From: Spirochaetaceae bacterium
Lineage (GTDB): Bacteria; Spirochaetota; Spirochaetia; DSM-2461
Direction: 5' to 3'
NCBI GenBank assembly: GCA_051531975.1
Contig: JAOPTT010000002.1
Coordinates: 409,968-473,967, forward strand
DNA length: 64,000 nt
Shown: piece after piece, positions 39,495 through 50,280 of the stretch
Layout of the letters: the number at the start of each line of letters is the position of its first letter
Position numbering within the stretch: position 1 is the first letter of the stretch
The notes under the pieces: generated by a model
Database searches by the model: none
Seen by the model: only the letters and a program-made list of their open reading frames with translations
Told to the model about the DNA's origin: nothing
Made by a program: the position numbers and the translations under genes

Positions 39495-41093
39495 TTATAT
39501 TTTTTTTGCAGGATTAGAATCAAATTCACCATGACAAAAAATAGAATCAACTAAGGCATCTAAACTCACCTGAGAAAGACCACCTGTAACAATAACTGCA
39601 TCACAATATGGAGCTAATAGTTCAGCATCTTTAGGTCCTCTAGTAGCAACACCAATAATAATTTTATCTGGGCAAATTTTCCTTGTGTATTTTAACGTCT
39701 CAATTTGAGCTTCGTTACAATAGGCATTAACAGTTGTAAAAATACATATATCAGTAATAAATGCTATATCACCAACTGAAACCTGCTCCATATGAGTTGG
39801 TCTCCATGGCATAAATGCCTCTTTTACTATTTTATGACCTAACCTCTTAGTAATTGTCTCTCTAATTGATAGAGGGTCGTATAAATTTATAGCGTCACTC
39901 ATTACAAGCCTTGCAGGGTTTGCAAAAATTACACCAACCTGAGTATCATCTTTTAGCTTAATAGGGAACAGAGAATCATCCCCTTTATATTTGATTAGGG
40001 ACTTTTTAGCTATATCATAAGCTAGTTCATCACCCTCTTTTTTATTAAATTCTTTAGTCTCTGGGGAAGCTGTACAAAACTTAGCCTTATACTCTAAAAC
40101 CCTAGTTGCAGCTTCTGTTACTCTTTCCACAGTAACTCTACCATCGGCAACAGCTTTTTCAATTACATCAACATAAGTTGCACTAAGTGCTGTATGCATT
40201 AAAAGATCCGCACCAGCTGCTAACGCTATAATAACTGCTTCTTCGTCTCCATATAGTTCTCTAACTGCACCCATAATAAGGTCGTCTGTAACTGTTAAAC
40301 CTTTAAAGTTCATGTCGTTTCGTAGGTAGTCATACCATTTTTTAGACATTGAAGCTGGATATTCTGTGTCTAGAGCTGAAAATATACCGTGATGAGTCAT
40401 TACAACCTCTAAACCCTCATCTATTGCTTTATTATATGGAGCTAGTTCAACATCTAGTAGTCTCTGCATATCTCCAGGGTGAGTATCACATTTAAAGTGG
40501 GTATCTTCTTGTGTTAGTCTCATACCAGGAAAGTGTTTACCACATGCGGCGACACCTTCAGCCTGAAGACCTTTTATATAAGCAGTACCCATATCTGCAA
40601 CAACCCTTGGATTACTTGAGTACATTCTATTATCTATTATTGGTGTCTCTTTACTGTCGTAACTTACATCTAGTACAGGAGCATAACAGATATTTATTCC
40701 AGCATATTTTAACTCTTTCCCACAGTGATGCCCCTGTTTAGAAGTTAGTTCCTGATCGTTTGCAAAACCTAATGCCATATTACCAGGAAACATTGTTGTT
40801 CCTCGATGTATTGCCGTTAGCTGTCCACCCTCTTGGTCTATTGTTAATAAAAAAGGGATATTATATTTGTTTTCACTTGCATGGGATTGAATATTTTTAC
40901 TCATTGTATGTAGTTGGTCTAAATTTCTAACATTTGCACCAGAGAAAAACAGGATATTACCTAATTCGTTTTTTTTATTAAGTTCTAATAAATTTTCTGG
41001 TAAGTCTTCATACCCCTGGTAATATTGTAAAAATGTCTGAGCAATCTTCTCCCTTAAAGTCATTTGGGAAATAATTTTTTTTGGATCTATCAT
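39495..41093 (-). CDS. Glycoside hydrolase family 3, NagZ-like, cytoplasmic
   Basis: DQEGG, APVLD, KHFPG...DTH, TDDLIMGA; no signal peptide. Confidence 0.88.
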   Translation of the reverse strand: MIDPKKIISQMTLREKIAQTFLQYYQGYEDLPENLLELNKKNELGNILFFSGANVRNLDQLHTMSKNIQSHASENKYNIPFLLTIDQEGGQLTAIHRGTTMFPGNMALGFANDQELTSKQGHHCGKELKYAGINICYAPVLDVSYDSKETPIIDNRMYSSNPRVVADMGTAYIKGLQAEGVAACGKHFPGMRLTQEDTHFKCDTHPGDMQRLLDVELAPYNKAIDEGLEVVMTHHGIFSALDTEYPASMSKKWYDYLRNDMNFKGLTVTDDLIMGAVRELYGDEEAVIIALAAGADLLMHTALSATYVDVIEKAVADGRVTVERVTEAATRVLEYKAKFCTASPETKEFNKKEGDELAYDIAKKSLIKYKGDDSLFPIKLKDDTQVGVIFANPARLVMSDAINLYDPLSIRETITKRLGHKIVKEAFMPWRPTHMEQVSVGDIAFITDICIFTTVNAYCNEAQIETLKYTRKICPDKIIIGVATRGPKDAELLAPYCDAVIVTGGLSQVSLDALVDSIFCHGEFDSNPAKKI

Positions 41094-41201
41094 TATAGCT
41101 CTCCTAATAGGTATAAACCTTTATTTTATGTTAGTATGGTAAACCAAACAAAGCCTATTGTAAAGATTTAATTACTATTTTAGCTAAACTTTATAACAAT
41201 A

Positions 41202-42227
41202 TCATTCAATTAACAAATTTTCAGTAAACGATCTAAGCCCTTTAATAGCCAAACTGTAGGGCTTACTACTTACCCTAAAAAACGAATGTATAAATTCACG
41301 GTTATCTGGAAAGTAGTCCCATAATCTGAAATAGACTATATCGTTTAAATATATATATGTTTCCTTCTGGGAAGCTTGTAATAGATAGGCCATAAATTCG
41401 TTTTGAACTAATTTTTCATCAGTGGAGTCATAATCTAGAACTTCCATATACATTGTCCAGATCTCTTTAGATTGATCATCTAGAGCGTCCCATATTTTGG
41501 ATATATGATTCCTAAAACCTAGGGATGTAAAATATAGACCATGAAGTGATTCGTGTCTTAGAATAGTGTATCTGTGATTATAATAACTACTTCTAGAACA
41601 GGATATAATTGCTCCACCAAGTCCAATATAACCTCGGGAAGTTTTTCCAATTATACTATTTTTTAATATAACATCTAAAAGAACTTCTTCCCCAGCTGTT
41701 AAAGGGTACCCTTCTAATTTTGCTTTGCTAAAAAAAGATGCAAGATCTTTAGCACTATAATCATGACCATTCCATCCACGTTCATCAGATAACTCTTCTA
41801 GTGTATATATCTCTCCAATATAGTCCTTCTTTTCTAAAAAGAATGCTAACCGTTTAAACATTAAGGCTTGAAATGAATAATTTATAGTATCAAAAATTAG
41901 TACGTCTGGTTTTTTATCCCATTTATATAGTTCTAATGTAGGATTTCTCCAATTAGAGATCCTTTTATTAAGAATCCCAACAAGGTTACTAGTAATAGGT
42001 TCAAAATATGAATATGAGACAGGAATCTCTAGCTCTTGACCGATCAATAGAAATGTTGATGTATCTAAATCATTTGTTGTTATTATAATGTCTTCTTCAA
42101 CTTTAAATTTATTTGAGAGACTTTTAATTGTGTCGTATCGTTTTACTTCATATTTAAATGCAGTTCCCCCAAAAAGAACTACTGTTAATTGAATAAAGAA
42201 TAGAAATGTAAATATTTTTAACTTCAT
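41202..42227 (-). CDS. Exported LysM-domain protein with an HExxH motif
   Basis: Signal peptide, YEVKRYDT..SLSNKF...LLIGQELEIP, RHESLHG, NEFMAY. Confidence 0.7.
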   Translation of the reverse strand: MKLKIFTFLFFIQLTVVLFGGTAFKYEVKRYDTIKSLSNKFKVEEDIIITTNDLDTSTFLLIGQELEIPVSYSYFEPITSNLVGILNKRISNWRNPTLELYKWDKKPDVLIFDTINYSFQALMFKRLAFFLEKKDYIGEIYTLEELSDERGWNGHDYSAKDLASFFSKAKLEGYPLTAGEEVLLDVILKNSIIGKTSRGYIGLGGAIISCSRSSYYNHRYTILRHESLHGLYFTSLGFRNHISKIWDALDDQSKEIWTMYMEVLDYDSTDEKLVQNEFMAYLLQASQKETYIYLNDIVYFRLWDYFPDNREFIHSFFRVSSKPYSLAIKGLRSFTENLLIE

Positions 42228-42230
42228 ATA

Positions 42231-42662
42231 TTAAATATAAAACATATTAGTTTTATTTTCATGTTCATGTACTATATATTCTAAAGTTTTATCTGCAAAG
42301 TAGTCTCGGATAACTTCAGATAGTCCACACCAAATACTAGAGGTTGAACATAGCTCAATTCTTTCACAATCTCCACTATCTACACAGTCTATAACACTGT
42401 AGCCACCTTCTAATGTCTGATATATATCTAATAAAGAGATTTTTCTACTCTCCCTAGATAATCTATATCCACCTTTAGGTCCACGTTTAACACTAACTAA
42501 TCCATCTTTTTTTAATAGTTGTACTATTTTCTCAAGATATTTTAATGATATATCCTCTTTTTTTGCAATTTCACCTAACTGAATTGAGCTTTCACTTGAT
42601 TCATTTAAGCCTAGATATATCATCAATCTAAAACCATATCGAGTTTTTGTAGATATTGTCAT
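42231..42662 (-). CDS. Rrf2 family transcriptional regulator
   Basis: ISTKTRYG, YLEKI, RGPKGGYRL, three Cys. Confidence 0.92.
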   Translation of the reverse strand: MTISTKTRYGFRLMIYLGLNESSESSIQLGEIAKKEDISLKYLEKIVQLLKKDGLVSVKRGPKGGYRLSRESRKISLLDIYQTLEGGYSVIDCVDSGDCERIELCSTSSIWCGLSEVIRDYFADKTLEYIVHEHENKTNMFYI

Positions 42663-42713
42663 AAATATAACCTCTTTAATTTAATATAACAAAATTGAAC
42701 TCGATATCGCAAG

Positions 42714-43850
42714 TTATTGTGCGAAAATAATTTCCTTTAAAACTTCTTTTGCTGGGGAATATTGTAAATTCAAGTCATTTGCCACAGGTTTACATGTTAC
42801 TTTACCTTTAAAAACATTTAATCCTTTTAATAAAGCTTCATTTTCAAGTAGTGCTTTTTGATATCCTTTATTTGCAATTTCAAGAGCATATCTAAGAGTC
42901 ACATTTGTTAATGCAAATGTAGATGTTCTTGATACTGCACCAGGCATATTTGCAACAGCATAATGTAGTACTCCGTGGGTTACATATACTGGAGCATCAT
43001 GTGTTGTAATTCTGTCGATAGTCTCTATTGATCCACCTTGATCAATTGCTACATCTACAATAACAGAACCTTTTGTCATTGTTTTAATCATATCTTCTGA
43101 AACTAACTGAGGAGCTTTAGCACCTGCTACTAAAACAGCACCGATAACAAGGTCAGCTTTTTTAACAGCCTTAGCTATATTAAACTCATTGGACATTAAA
43201 GTATTAATTCTTCCACCGTATATATCATCTAGATAAGCTAGTCGTCTTGGATTATTATCTAATATTGTAACCTGAGCACCTAATCCCATTGCCATTTTTG
43301 CAGCATTAGTTCCAACAACTCCACCACCAATAATTACAACTTCTCCAGCTTCAACTCCCGGAACTCCACCTAAAAGTATACCTTTTCCACCTTCGTGTCT
43401 TTCAAGGAATTGTGCTCCAATCTGTGTAGCCATTCTTCCTGCTACTTCACTCATTGGAACTAGTAGAGGTAATGAACCATCGGCTAATGCTATTGTTTCG
43501 TATGCAATACCAATAACTTTTTTATCTAGAAGGGCTTTAGTTAGTTCTGGTGCTGGTGCTAAATGCAGATAAGTAAAAAGAATCTGACCTTCTTTAAAAA
43601 GATCGTATTCTGCTGGTAGAGGCTCTTTAACTTTCATGATCATATCAGAGATGTCAAATACTTCTTTTGCAGTTTCTTTTATTGAAGCTCCGGCTTTTAT
43701 ATACTCTAAATCCAAAAAACCACTTCCGATTCCAGCATCTTTTTCAATGTAAACCTGATGATTTGATTTAACTAATCCAGAAACACCTGCTGGTGTTATA
43801 GCCACTCTATTTTCGTTGTTTTTGATCTCTTTTGGTACACCAATAATCAT
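42714..43850 (-). CDS. ald: Alanine dehydrogenase
   Basis: [41 protein letters not shown]. Confidence 0.96.
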   Translation of the reverse strand: MIIGVPKEIKNNENRVAITPAGVSGLVKSNHQVYIEKDAGIGSGFLDLEYIKAGASIKETAKEVFDISDMIMKVKEPLPAEYDLFKEGQILFTYLHLAPAPELTKALLDKKVIGIAYETIALADGSLPLLVPMSEVAGRMATQIGAQFLERHEGGKGILLGGVPGVEAGEVVIIGGGVVGTNAAKMAMGLGAQVTILDNNPRRLAYLDDIYGGRINTLMSNEFNIAKAVKKADLVIGAVLVAGAKAPQLVSEDMIKTMTKGSVIVDVAIDQGGSIETIDRITTHDAPVYVTHGVLHYAVANMPGAVSRTSTFALTNVTLRYALEIANKGYQKALLENEALLKGLNVFKGKVTCKPVANDLNLQYSPAKEVLKEIIFAQ

Positions 43851-43875
43851 TGTAATTCTCCTTAGGTTCTTCTCT

Positions 43876-44319
43876 TTATATTAAATATGTTTGATTGTCT
43901 TTTTCCGAGTTAAGTATCACCATGGTATTTGTTTTATCTACACCATCAACACTCTTAATTCTATTTAATACTTTTGTTAGGGTATCTGTGTTTTTTGTAA
44001 TTATTTTAATCATGTAATCAAATTCACCAGAGATATAAGAACATGATAAAACATCATCTTCATCATCGATGAAATCTAGAAATGTATGACTTGTCTGAGG
44101 ATTTTTTAAACTTATTAACATAAATGCTGATAACTCTTTTTCTAATTTTACAGGGTCTAATATAGCAGTATATTTTTGTATTACTTTAGAGGTTTCTAAT
44201 TTACGTAACCTTTCTGATACTGCCGAAACCGATAGGTTAACCTCTTTTGCAATATCAGAAGCGGAGATCCTAGCATTAGATTGTAGTAGTCTTAATATGT
44301 TTTTATCAACTTTATCCAT
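43876..44319 (-). CDS. Lrp/AsnC family regulator (AldR-like)
   Basis: [29 protein letters not shown] domain; directly upstream of ald. Confidence 0.9.
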   Translation of the reverse strand: MDKVDKNILRLLQSNARISASDIAKEVNLSVSAVSERLRKLETSKVIQKYTAILDPVKLEKELSAFMLISLKNPQTSHTFLDFIDDEDDVLSCSYISGEFDYMIKIITKNTDTLTKVLNRIKSVDGVDKTNTMVILNSEKDNQTYLI

Positions 44320-44531
44320 AACTAAATTATGCAGCATAAAGCGTGAAGTACGCAACTAATTTAGGCCAAAATAGAGTATTATCCTGTTTATTAAGGCATG
44401 ATAGTAATTTGACAAGAAAAATTACTGTTCAGAACTAAAAAGTATGATGAAACAGAAATTATTAGCTTTTATTTAGCTTAATTCCACTTAAAAGTTAGAC
44501 ATTTTCCCATACTTTTTAGTGGTTATTTCAA

Positions 44532-45002
44532 TTAGTGCTTACCACCAGCAATCATAGAGACAGCATGGGGAAGAATATCTAATAATATATTAGTGCATAA
44601 TGTTACAGCTTTAACTGAGCCGGGGAAATTAATAACCAAAGTACTACCTTTTATTCCTGCATAACCCCGGGATAAAATAGCATTCTTAGTCTCTTTTATA
44701 GATTCTGTTCTAATATACTCAGAGATTCCTGGAGCCTCTTTATCCGCCCAACTTTGACAAACATCCGGGGTAAAATCCCTAGGTCCTAATCCTGTTCCAC
44801 CGGTGGTTAATATTATATCGTAACCGTTGCCATGGTTTAAACTATCCATTAACAAAATTTTACTATCCGGTATTAGTTTTCTAGTAATTTTAACATCTTC
44901 TTTATAGTGTTTTTGTAGTATATTTTCAATTTTTGGCCCTGAAAGGTCTTCATATTCACCTTTAGAGGCCCTATCCGATAGTGTTATTATCAATATATTC
45001 AT
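44532..45002 (-). CDS. mogA: Molybdopterin adenylyltransferase MogA/MoaB family
   Basis: SDRASKGEYEDLSG, TTGGTGLGPRDFTP, SRG, NFPGS. Confidence 0.9.
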   Translation of the reverse strand: MNILIITLSDRASKGEYEDLSGPKIENILQKHYKEDVKITRKLIPDSKILLMDSLNHGNGYDIILTTGGTGLGPRDFTPDVCQSWADKEAPGISEYIRTESIKETKNAILSRGYAGIKGSTLVINFPGSVKAVTLCTNILLDILPHAVSMIAGGKH

Positions 45003-45043
45003 TATAAATCCTTTCTAAATTAAAAATGTACTAATAGTGTGAT

Positions 45044-45697
45044 TTATACAGTTAGTGCATTTTGTATAAATTTCATAATCTCTTTTATCTGATCATGATA
45101 GTCTTCTGCGAATGTGGAACCTAGGAAGATTTGCATTCTGCCCTTATAATATTCTGATGTAAATGAGAATTGATAGACAACAATTAAGTTATCTAGTAAA
45201 AAACTTAATATTCTGTCATCAATATCTAGATTTATTTGTCCACTATCTCGAGCATTTTTAATAACTTCAAGATACAAATCTCTAGTGACTGTTTCTAAAG
45301 TTCCTGATATTTTTTTAGATATATTTGTTAAACTCTGAGTAGACATATCTAGATATATTTGGTTCAACAGTGGGTATTTTGTAGCATAGTCATGGGCACT
45401 ATAAAACATCTGCTCTACTATACTAAAAAAATCTTTAGAAGTATCTATAGTATCTAAAATAGAGCTTAAAGCGTTAAACATTTTTTCTACTATAGTTAAA
45501 AACAGGTCATCTTTTGAGTCGAAATAACTATATAGAGCACCTATACTTATATTTGCATGTTTTGCAACTTTATTAATACTTGTACCATTAAATCCATTTT
45601 TAGCAAATTCTTCTACTGCGGCAGTTAAAATACCCTCCTGCTTTTCAAGAGGAATATTCTTAAATCTATCTTTATAAAACTTCTGTTCTGTGTCCAT
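45044..45697 (-). CDS. TetR/AcrR family regulator
   Basis: ILTAAVEEFAKNGF.GTSIN.VAK.A.ISIGALYSYF.SK. Confidence 0.93.
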   Translation of the reverse strand: MDTEQKFYKDRFKNIPLEKQEGILTAAVEEFAKNGFNGTSINKVAKHANISIGALYSYFDSKDDLFLTIVEKMFNALSSILDTIDTSKDFFSIVEQMFYSAHDYATKYPLLNQIYLDMSTQSLTNISKKISGTLETVTRDLYLEVIKNARDSGQINLDIDDRILSFLLDNLIVVYQFSFTSEYYKGRMQIFLGSTFAEDYHDQIKEIMKFIQNALTV

Positions 45698-45706
45698 ACG
45701 TCCTAC

Positions 45707-47959
45707 TTAAATTGTATTTCCAAGAGCATAACCAGCTTTAACAGCCTCTAAAACTCTACCTGGTGTAAATGAATCACCAATGTTAAAAATTTCTTTAGAT
45801 ATTCTCTCTTTTGTTAGCTTATAATATAGATCATCATTAGGTTTTGCTCCAGTAGCTAATATAATTAGATCAGATTTTAATTCTTGGTCGGAATAGTTCT
45901 GTTTTACCTTTTTTGCAAATGGATTTATAATATTTTCAGGAATTAAAGGAGTCCAAGTATTAATAGGACTTGGTACTGTTTTAGACATATTACGACTAAC
46001 AATAATAGACCCATCTTTTACCTCTTTTAAAGTTGTACAATTAAAGAGATTTACACCTTTTTTATTAAGGTAATATATTAAACTATGCCTATTAGAAGTA
46101 CAGGTTTTTGGCATTAAATGATCACCCATTTCTACAATAGTTACTTTTTTACCATACTCATAACTTAACATATGGGCAACTTCACATCCTACATCTGCTC
46201 CACCAATAACTGTGTAATTATTAAACTTTGAATATTTATCTGGGTTATTAAGATATTCCATTGCTGGAATAACATTTTTATTATTAATTCCTTTAACAGG
46301 AGGAACTAGCGCTGTGGTCCCGGAACATGTAACAAGAACATCAGGTTTTAGTTCTTTTAACATATTTGAATCTGCAATGGTATTAAACATAGTTTTAATA
46401 TTATTTACCTTTATCTCGTTATTTAAGTAGGTTACATAGTTTTTTATCTCGTATTTTATTTTAGGTACACTACCACCTAGGAGGCTTCCACCGGCGATAT
46501 CATTTGAGTCTATAATTGTAACATCATGTCCCCGTTTATCCAGTGTTAGGGCTAAAATAACTCCAGCAGGACCAGCTCCAACTACTACTATTTTCTTTCT
46601 GTTTTCTGTTAGTTTTAAGTCGTTTTGATATACATCTTCAAAGGCAGTTCGTGGGTTTACTGCACAATGTGGGTGCCCACCTGAATCTAACTGGCCTAAA
46701 CAACCCTCGTGGTCTCCAATACATGGAATAATTCTATCAACTTCACCTTTATAAACTTTATTTGGCCAAAATGGGTCTGCTAATAGAGGTCTAGCTAACA
46801 TTACTAAATCGCATTTATTTTTCCGTAGTGCATCTTCTGCAACATCTGGAAATCCTAGTTTCCCCACACCAACTATTGGTACATTTTGTCCTTTATTTGT
46901 TGTAATACCTTCATCTGCAAAATGTTTTTTTACTAAATTTGCAACTTCTAGATAGAGACCTGGAGGCATTGTATTTGGTGGATGTGGGAACCACCAGTTA
47001 TCGTATCCACCTAAGTCTACATCAAACATATCAACACCAGCTTTTACTAGGTTTTTCATGTAGTCTAGGGTCATTTCAACAGTTCTCTCTTTTGCAAACT
47101 TTTTAAGAACTGGCTCTGTTTTCATTAATTCGCCATAGGTCGCTTGTAGAATTAAAGAGAGGTCGATTCTATAATAGATAGGAAAGTGAACTCCTACTCT
47201 TTTTCTGATCTCTTTTATCATATCAATACCGAAGTTCTGATAATAACTGTAACGGCCTAATTTACGTCTATTGTAAGCAGGGTCTGTCATCTGTTCAATT
47301 AGATATCCAGAGTGACCATGAAGATAGACTCCATCAATTTGTAACTCTTTAGCATCTATAGCAGCCTGCCCTGTTTTTTTAATAATTTTTTTGCACTCAA
47401 AGTCTGTTATTGGTCTACAAGGAATTTGAGGTATGTAAAAGTTAGGATTCCAGGATGATGATATAGGCATCTTAAATTTCTTAGTTAGACACTCTGGGTT
47501 TCCAACTCTCCCCATTCCTGGGGCTAACTGGATGAAAAACTTAGCTCCATGGGCATGACAGCCCTCTGCTATAGTTCTCCAACCAGAATATGTTGATCTA
47601 TGGGTATCAATTCTAGGAAAGATTCCTGTGGCATCAACATCCCCGTAGGATGGGTCGTCGTTTACACTAACAGGGATCATACCTGTAGTAATTAGACCTG
47701 CACCACCCTTTGCCCGTTCAACAAAATAAGAGATAAGTTTATTACCTGGTTTACCCATTTCGTCAGCCATATTAACATTACCCATAGGCCCCATAACTAT
47801 TCTATTTTTTAACTTAACACTATTTATTGTGATAGGTTCAAACATAGAGGTATATGGTTTAAGGTTATCTGACATTAATCCCTGTTTCATTTTAGAATCG
47901 TCATCAAACCATGTGTTATAACTATCTACTAACGTGCTTATCTCTTTTGCAAAACTCAT
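45707..47959 (-). CDS. FMN/FAD/Fe-S ene-reductase (enoate reductase/BaiH/DCR family)
   Basis: LKNRIVMGPM, HGHSGYL, ARPLLADP, CIGDHEGC..C.VNP, VVGAGPAG. Confidence 0.88.
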   Translation of the reverse strand: MSFAKEISTLVDSYNTWFDDDSKMKQGLMSDNLKPYTSMFEPITINSVKLKNRIVMGPMGNVNMADEMGKPGNKLISYFVERAKGGAGLITTGMIPVSVNDDPSYGDVDATGIFPRIDTHRSTYSGWRTIAEGCHAHGAKFFIQLAPGMGRVGNPECLTKKFKMPISSSWNPNFYIPQIPCRPITDFECKKIIKKTGQAAIDAKELQIDGVYLHGHSGYLIEQMTDPAYNRRKLGRYSYYQNFGIDMIKEIRKRVGVHFPIYYRIDLSLILQATYGELMKTEPVLKKFAKERTVEMTLDYMKNLVKAGVDMFDVDLGGYDNWWFPHPPNTMPPGLYLEVANLVKKHFADEGITTNKGQNVPIVGVGKLGFPDVAEDALRKNKCDLVMLARPLLADPFWPNKVYKGEVDRIIPCIGDHEGCLGQLDSGGHPHCAVNPRTAFEDVYQNDLKLTENRKKIVVVGAGPAGVILALTLDKRGHDVTIIDSNDIAGGSLLGGSVPKIKYEIKNYVTYLNNEIKVNNIKTMFNTIADSNMLKELKPDVLVTCSGTTALVPPVKGINNKNVIPAMEYLNNPDKYSKFNNYTVIGGADVGCEVAHMLSYEYGKKVTIVEMGDHLMPKTCTSNRHSLIYYLNKKGVNLFNCTTLKEVKDGSIIVSRNMSKTVPSPINTWTPLIPENIINPFAKKVKQNYSDQELKSDLIILATGAKPNDDLYYKLTKERISKEIFNIGDSFTPGRVLEAVKAGYALGNTI

Positions 47960-47960
47960 T

Positions 47961-48479
47961 CTATTTAATATCCTTGTAATATTCTTTAAACTTTGTGGCT
48001 TTCATAACTTTACCAGCTATTCCACCTAACCACATAATTATAAAGTAGTTTAATTTTAGATCCATTAATTCAACAAGATTACCATCAGGGTCTTTTAGAA
48101 AGATCCATTGGCTACCGGCAGTCTCCTGGGGTTCTATTAAGAAGTTTAACTCATCTTTATAAGTATTAAACCATTTTGGTACATTTCTAACATCTAATGT
48201 AAAATGGGTAGGTCCTGGTTTGTGCCAAAGTGGATGACTAGATTCTAATTGATTTTTAAACTCAAAGATCTCAATTACTTGACCTTTTGGAGCTCGCAAA
48301 AAACCTAATCTTACACTGTTATCTTCTAACTCATAGAGAGGAAACAGACTTTTTACAGTTTCTGAATCTAAAGTTTGCTCATCTATTAATAAAAAACCAA
48401 AATATTTATGATACCAGCTTACAGATTTTTCGAAATTTGAAACTGTTAAACCTATATGACTAACTGAACGTATTTTCAT
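47961..48479 (-). CDS. VOC/glyoxalase family protein
   Basis: SHIGLTV, EIFEF, THF, LKDPDGNLVEL. Confidence 0.88.
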   Translation of the reverse strand: MKIRSVSHIGLTVSNFEKSVSWYHKYFGFLLIDEQTLDSETVKSLFPLYELEDNSVRLGFLRAPKGQVIEIFEFKNQLESSHPLWHKPGPTHFTLDVRNVPKWFNTYKDELNFLIEPQETAGSQWIFLKDPDGNLVELMDLKLNYFIIMWLGGIAGKVMKATKFKEYYKDIK

Positions 48480-48487
48480 GTTTCCTC

Positions 48488-49270
48488 CTATTTTGCTAAA
48501 CTTCCAACTAGAACCATATACTCACCTAGTTGTGCCCCGTATTCTGGAGCTCCTTCCATAACTAACTTCTGCTTAATTGTAGCTTCTATCATGTCATCGA
48601 TTTCCATTAAAATCCCTAAAGCACTATCTGTAGAGTCAAATCTCATAGTAAAAAATGGCTTAGATCGTTTGTATATTCCTCTAGAAGCTTTAGATTTTCC
48701 AGCTTTTAATCTAATAAATGCTGATAGATCTTCATCCCCTTCAACTCTCCAGGAATAAACTCTATCTGGACTCTTTTTTATCCAGTTAGAAATAGCAGGG
48801 TGTCCAGCTTTGTTAAGTGAACTAATACCAGAAGATAGAAGGTAGAACATTAACTTAACTAAAAGACGTTTTGTCTCTTCATCTTCTGGTGGTTTCTCCA
48901 TACCTAATAGCTTCGCCATCTTCATTAACGCGCCTAAAGATGATATTAATAACCCTACATTTTTAAGCCCTATAATCTTAGGTAGTTTACTACTAGTTCC
49001 TTTAAAAAAGCCGTTAAAAAGAGCAATTGTTTTAAACTCTAACTCTAATGTTGGCTCATCTATAACACCTTTTACAACAGTCCATTCCCCCTCTTCTATT
49101 ACAAAGTGGGTTCCATGTTTAATACCTTCATCTAGGGCACTAATCTGCACTGTAGCAGTAGTTTTTGCAAACTTTTTAGTTAGTTTTTCATCGTTATTTA
49201 CAACTACTTTAACTAAGGGAAGTACTGCATTTAAAAATATAGTATTGGCATATTTTTCCTGTTCAGTCAT
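48488..49270 (-). CDS. Tandem SCP2-like putative lipid-binding protein
   Basis: Two repeats of the SCP2 pattern (FVIEEG...G...PTLELEF; IRLKAG...PFFTMRF...KLVMEG). Confidence 0.6.
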   Translation of the reverse strand: MTEQEKYANTIFLNAVLPLVKVVVNNDEKLTKKFAKTTATVQISALDEGIKHGTHFVIEEGEWTVVKGVIDEPTLELEFKTIALFNGFFKGTSSKLPKIIGLKNVGLLISSLGALMKMAKLLGMEKPPEDEETKRLLVKLMFYLLSSGISSLNKAGHPAISNWIKKSPDRVYSWRVEGDEDLSAFIRLKAGKSKASRGIYKRSKPFFTMRFDSTDSALGILMEIDDMIEATIKQKLVMEGAPEYGAQLGEYMVLVGSLAK

Positions 49271-49272
49271 TT

Positions 49273-50280
49273 TTATACCTCATCTTCCCAGTCGTCGTCC
49301 TCTTCAAAATCTTTACCCATTATCTCTCTAACAGAGTCAACAATTCCATTAGTATCATAACCGTAATGATTCATCAGATCCTCGTGTAGTCCAATAATTG
49401 AGAATGTATCTGGAACACCTAACCTCTTAAATCCACAAGCTTTACCACTCTCAGCTAGTACTTCTGCGACAGCACTACCTAAACCACCAATAACATTGTG
49501 GTCTTCTACTGTAATTATTCGTCTAGTCTCCTGAACTGCTTTTAAAATTGCATCTTTATCTATTGGTTTAATAGTATGCATATTAATTACTCTGATTTTA
49601 AGTCCATCTACACTGTCTAATATTTTAGCTGCTTCTGCTGCCTGATATACTCCAGAACCACAAGCTATTATAGTTAGATCGGTACCATCGTTAATTTCAA
49701 TTGCTTTACCAATTTCAAATTCGTAGTCACCATTGTCGTATAGCCTATTATCAAAACCTCTGTTAATTCTTAAATACATAGGGCCTTTTGTATGGTAAGC
49801 AGCATGTACAGCTTTAGCAGTTTCTGTTCCGTCTGCAGGAACTATAACAGTTAAGTTTGCCATAGTTCTCATAATACCAATATCCTCGGTACAGTGGTGG
49901 GTTGAACCAGCCTGGCCAAAAGAGAGACCAGCGTGGGTTGCGATCATTTTAACATTTAAATTTTGGTAACATATATCTGTATGAACCTGATCCAATGCTC
50001 TCATAGAGGTAAATACTGCAAAAGTAGATACAAATGGAACTAGACCTGCGCTGGCCATACCAGCTGCTACACCAAACATATTCTGTTCAGCTATTCCGAG
50101 ATTAAAAAATCGATCTGGGAATTTTTCACCTAAAACACCTATCTTAGTAGATTTACCTAAGTCAGCTGTTAAACCAACTAAATCGTCGTGGTCAGTTGCT
50201 AAGTCTACTAATGTTTTTCCATAAACTTCTGCTGTTGATAAGTCTTTTGTATCAAAGACTGTATAAGTTAATCCTGCCAT
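49273..50280 (-). CDS. Split transketolase, C-terminal (Pyr + C) subunit
   Basis: ADLGKST, GIAEQN, STFAVF, TIKPID, VEDH..GGLG. Confidence 0.92.
   Translation of the reverse strand: MAGLTYTVFDTKDLSTAEVYGKTLVDLATDHDDLVGLTADLGKSTKIGVLGEKFPDRFFNLGIAEQNMFGVAAGMASAGLVPFVSTFAVFTSMRALDQVHTDICYQNLNVKMIATHAGLSFGQAGSTHHCTEDIGIMRTMANLTVIVPADGTETAKAVHAAYHTKGPMYLRINRGFDNRLYDNGDYEFEIGKAIEINDGTDLTIIACGSGVYQAAEAAKILDSVDGLKIRVINMHTIKPIDKDAILKAVQETRRIITVEDHNVIGGLGSAVAEVLAESGKACGFKRLGVPDTFSIIGLHEDLMNHYGYDTNGIVDSVREIMGKDFEEDDDWEDEV

Noticed and set aside
44372..44510. Roughly 40-bp-spaced Lrp-like boxes upstream of the Lrp gene
   Set aside because: Too degenerate against an AT-rich background to support without a motif model.
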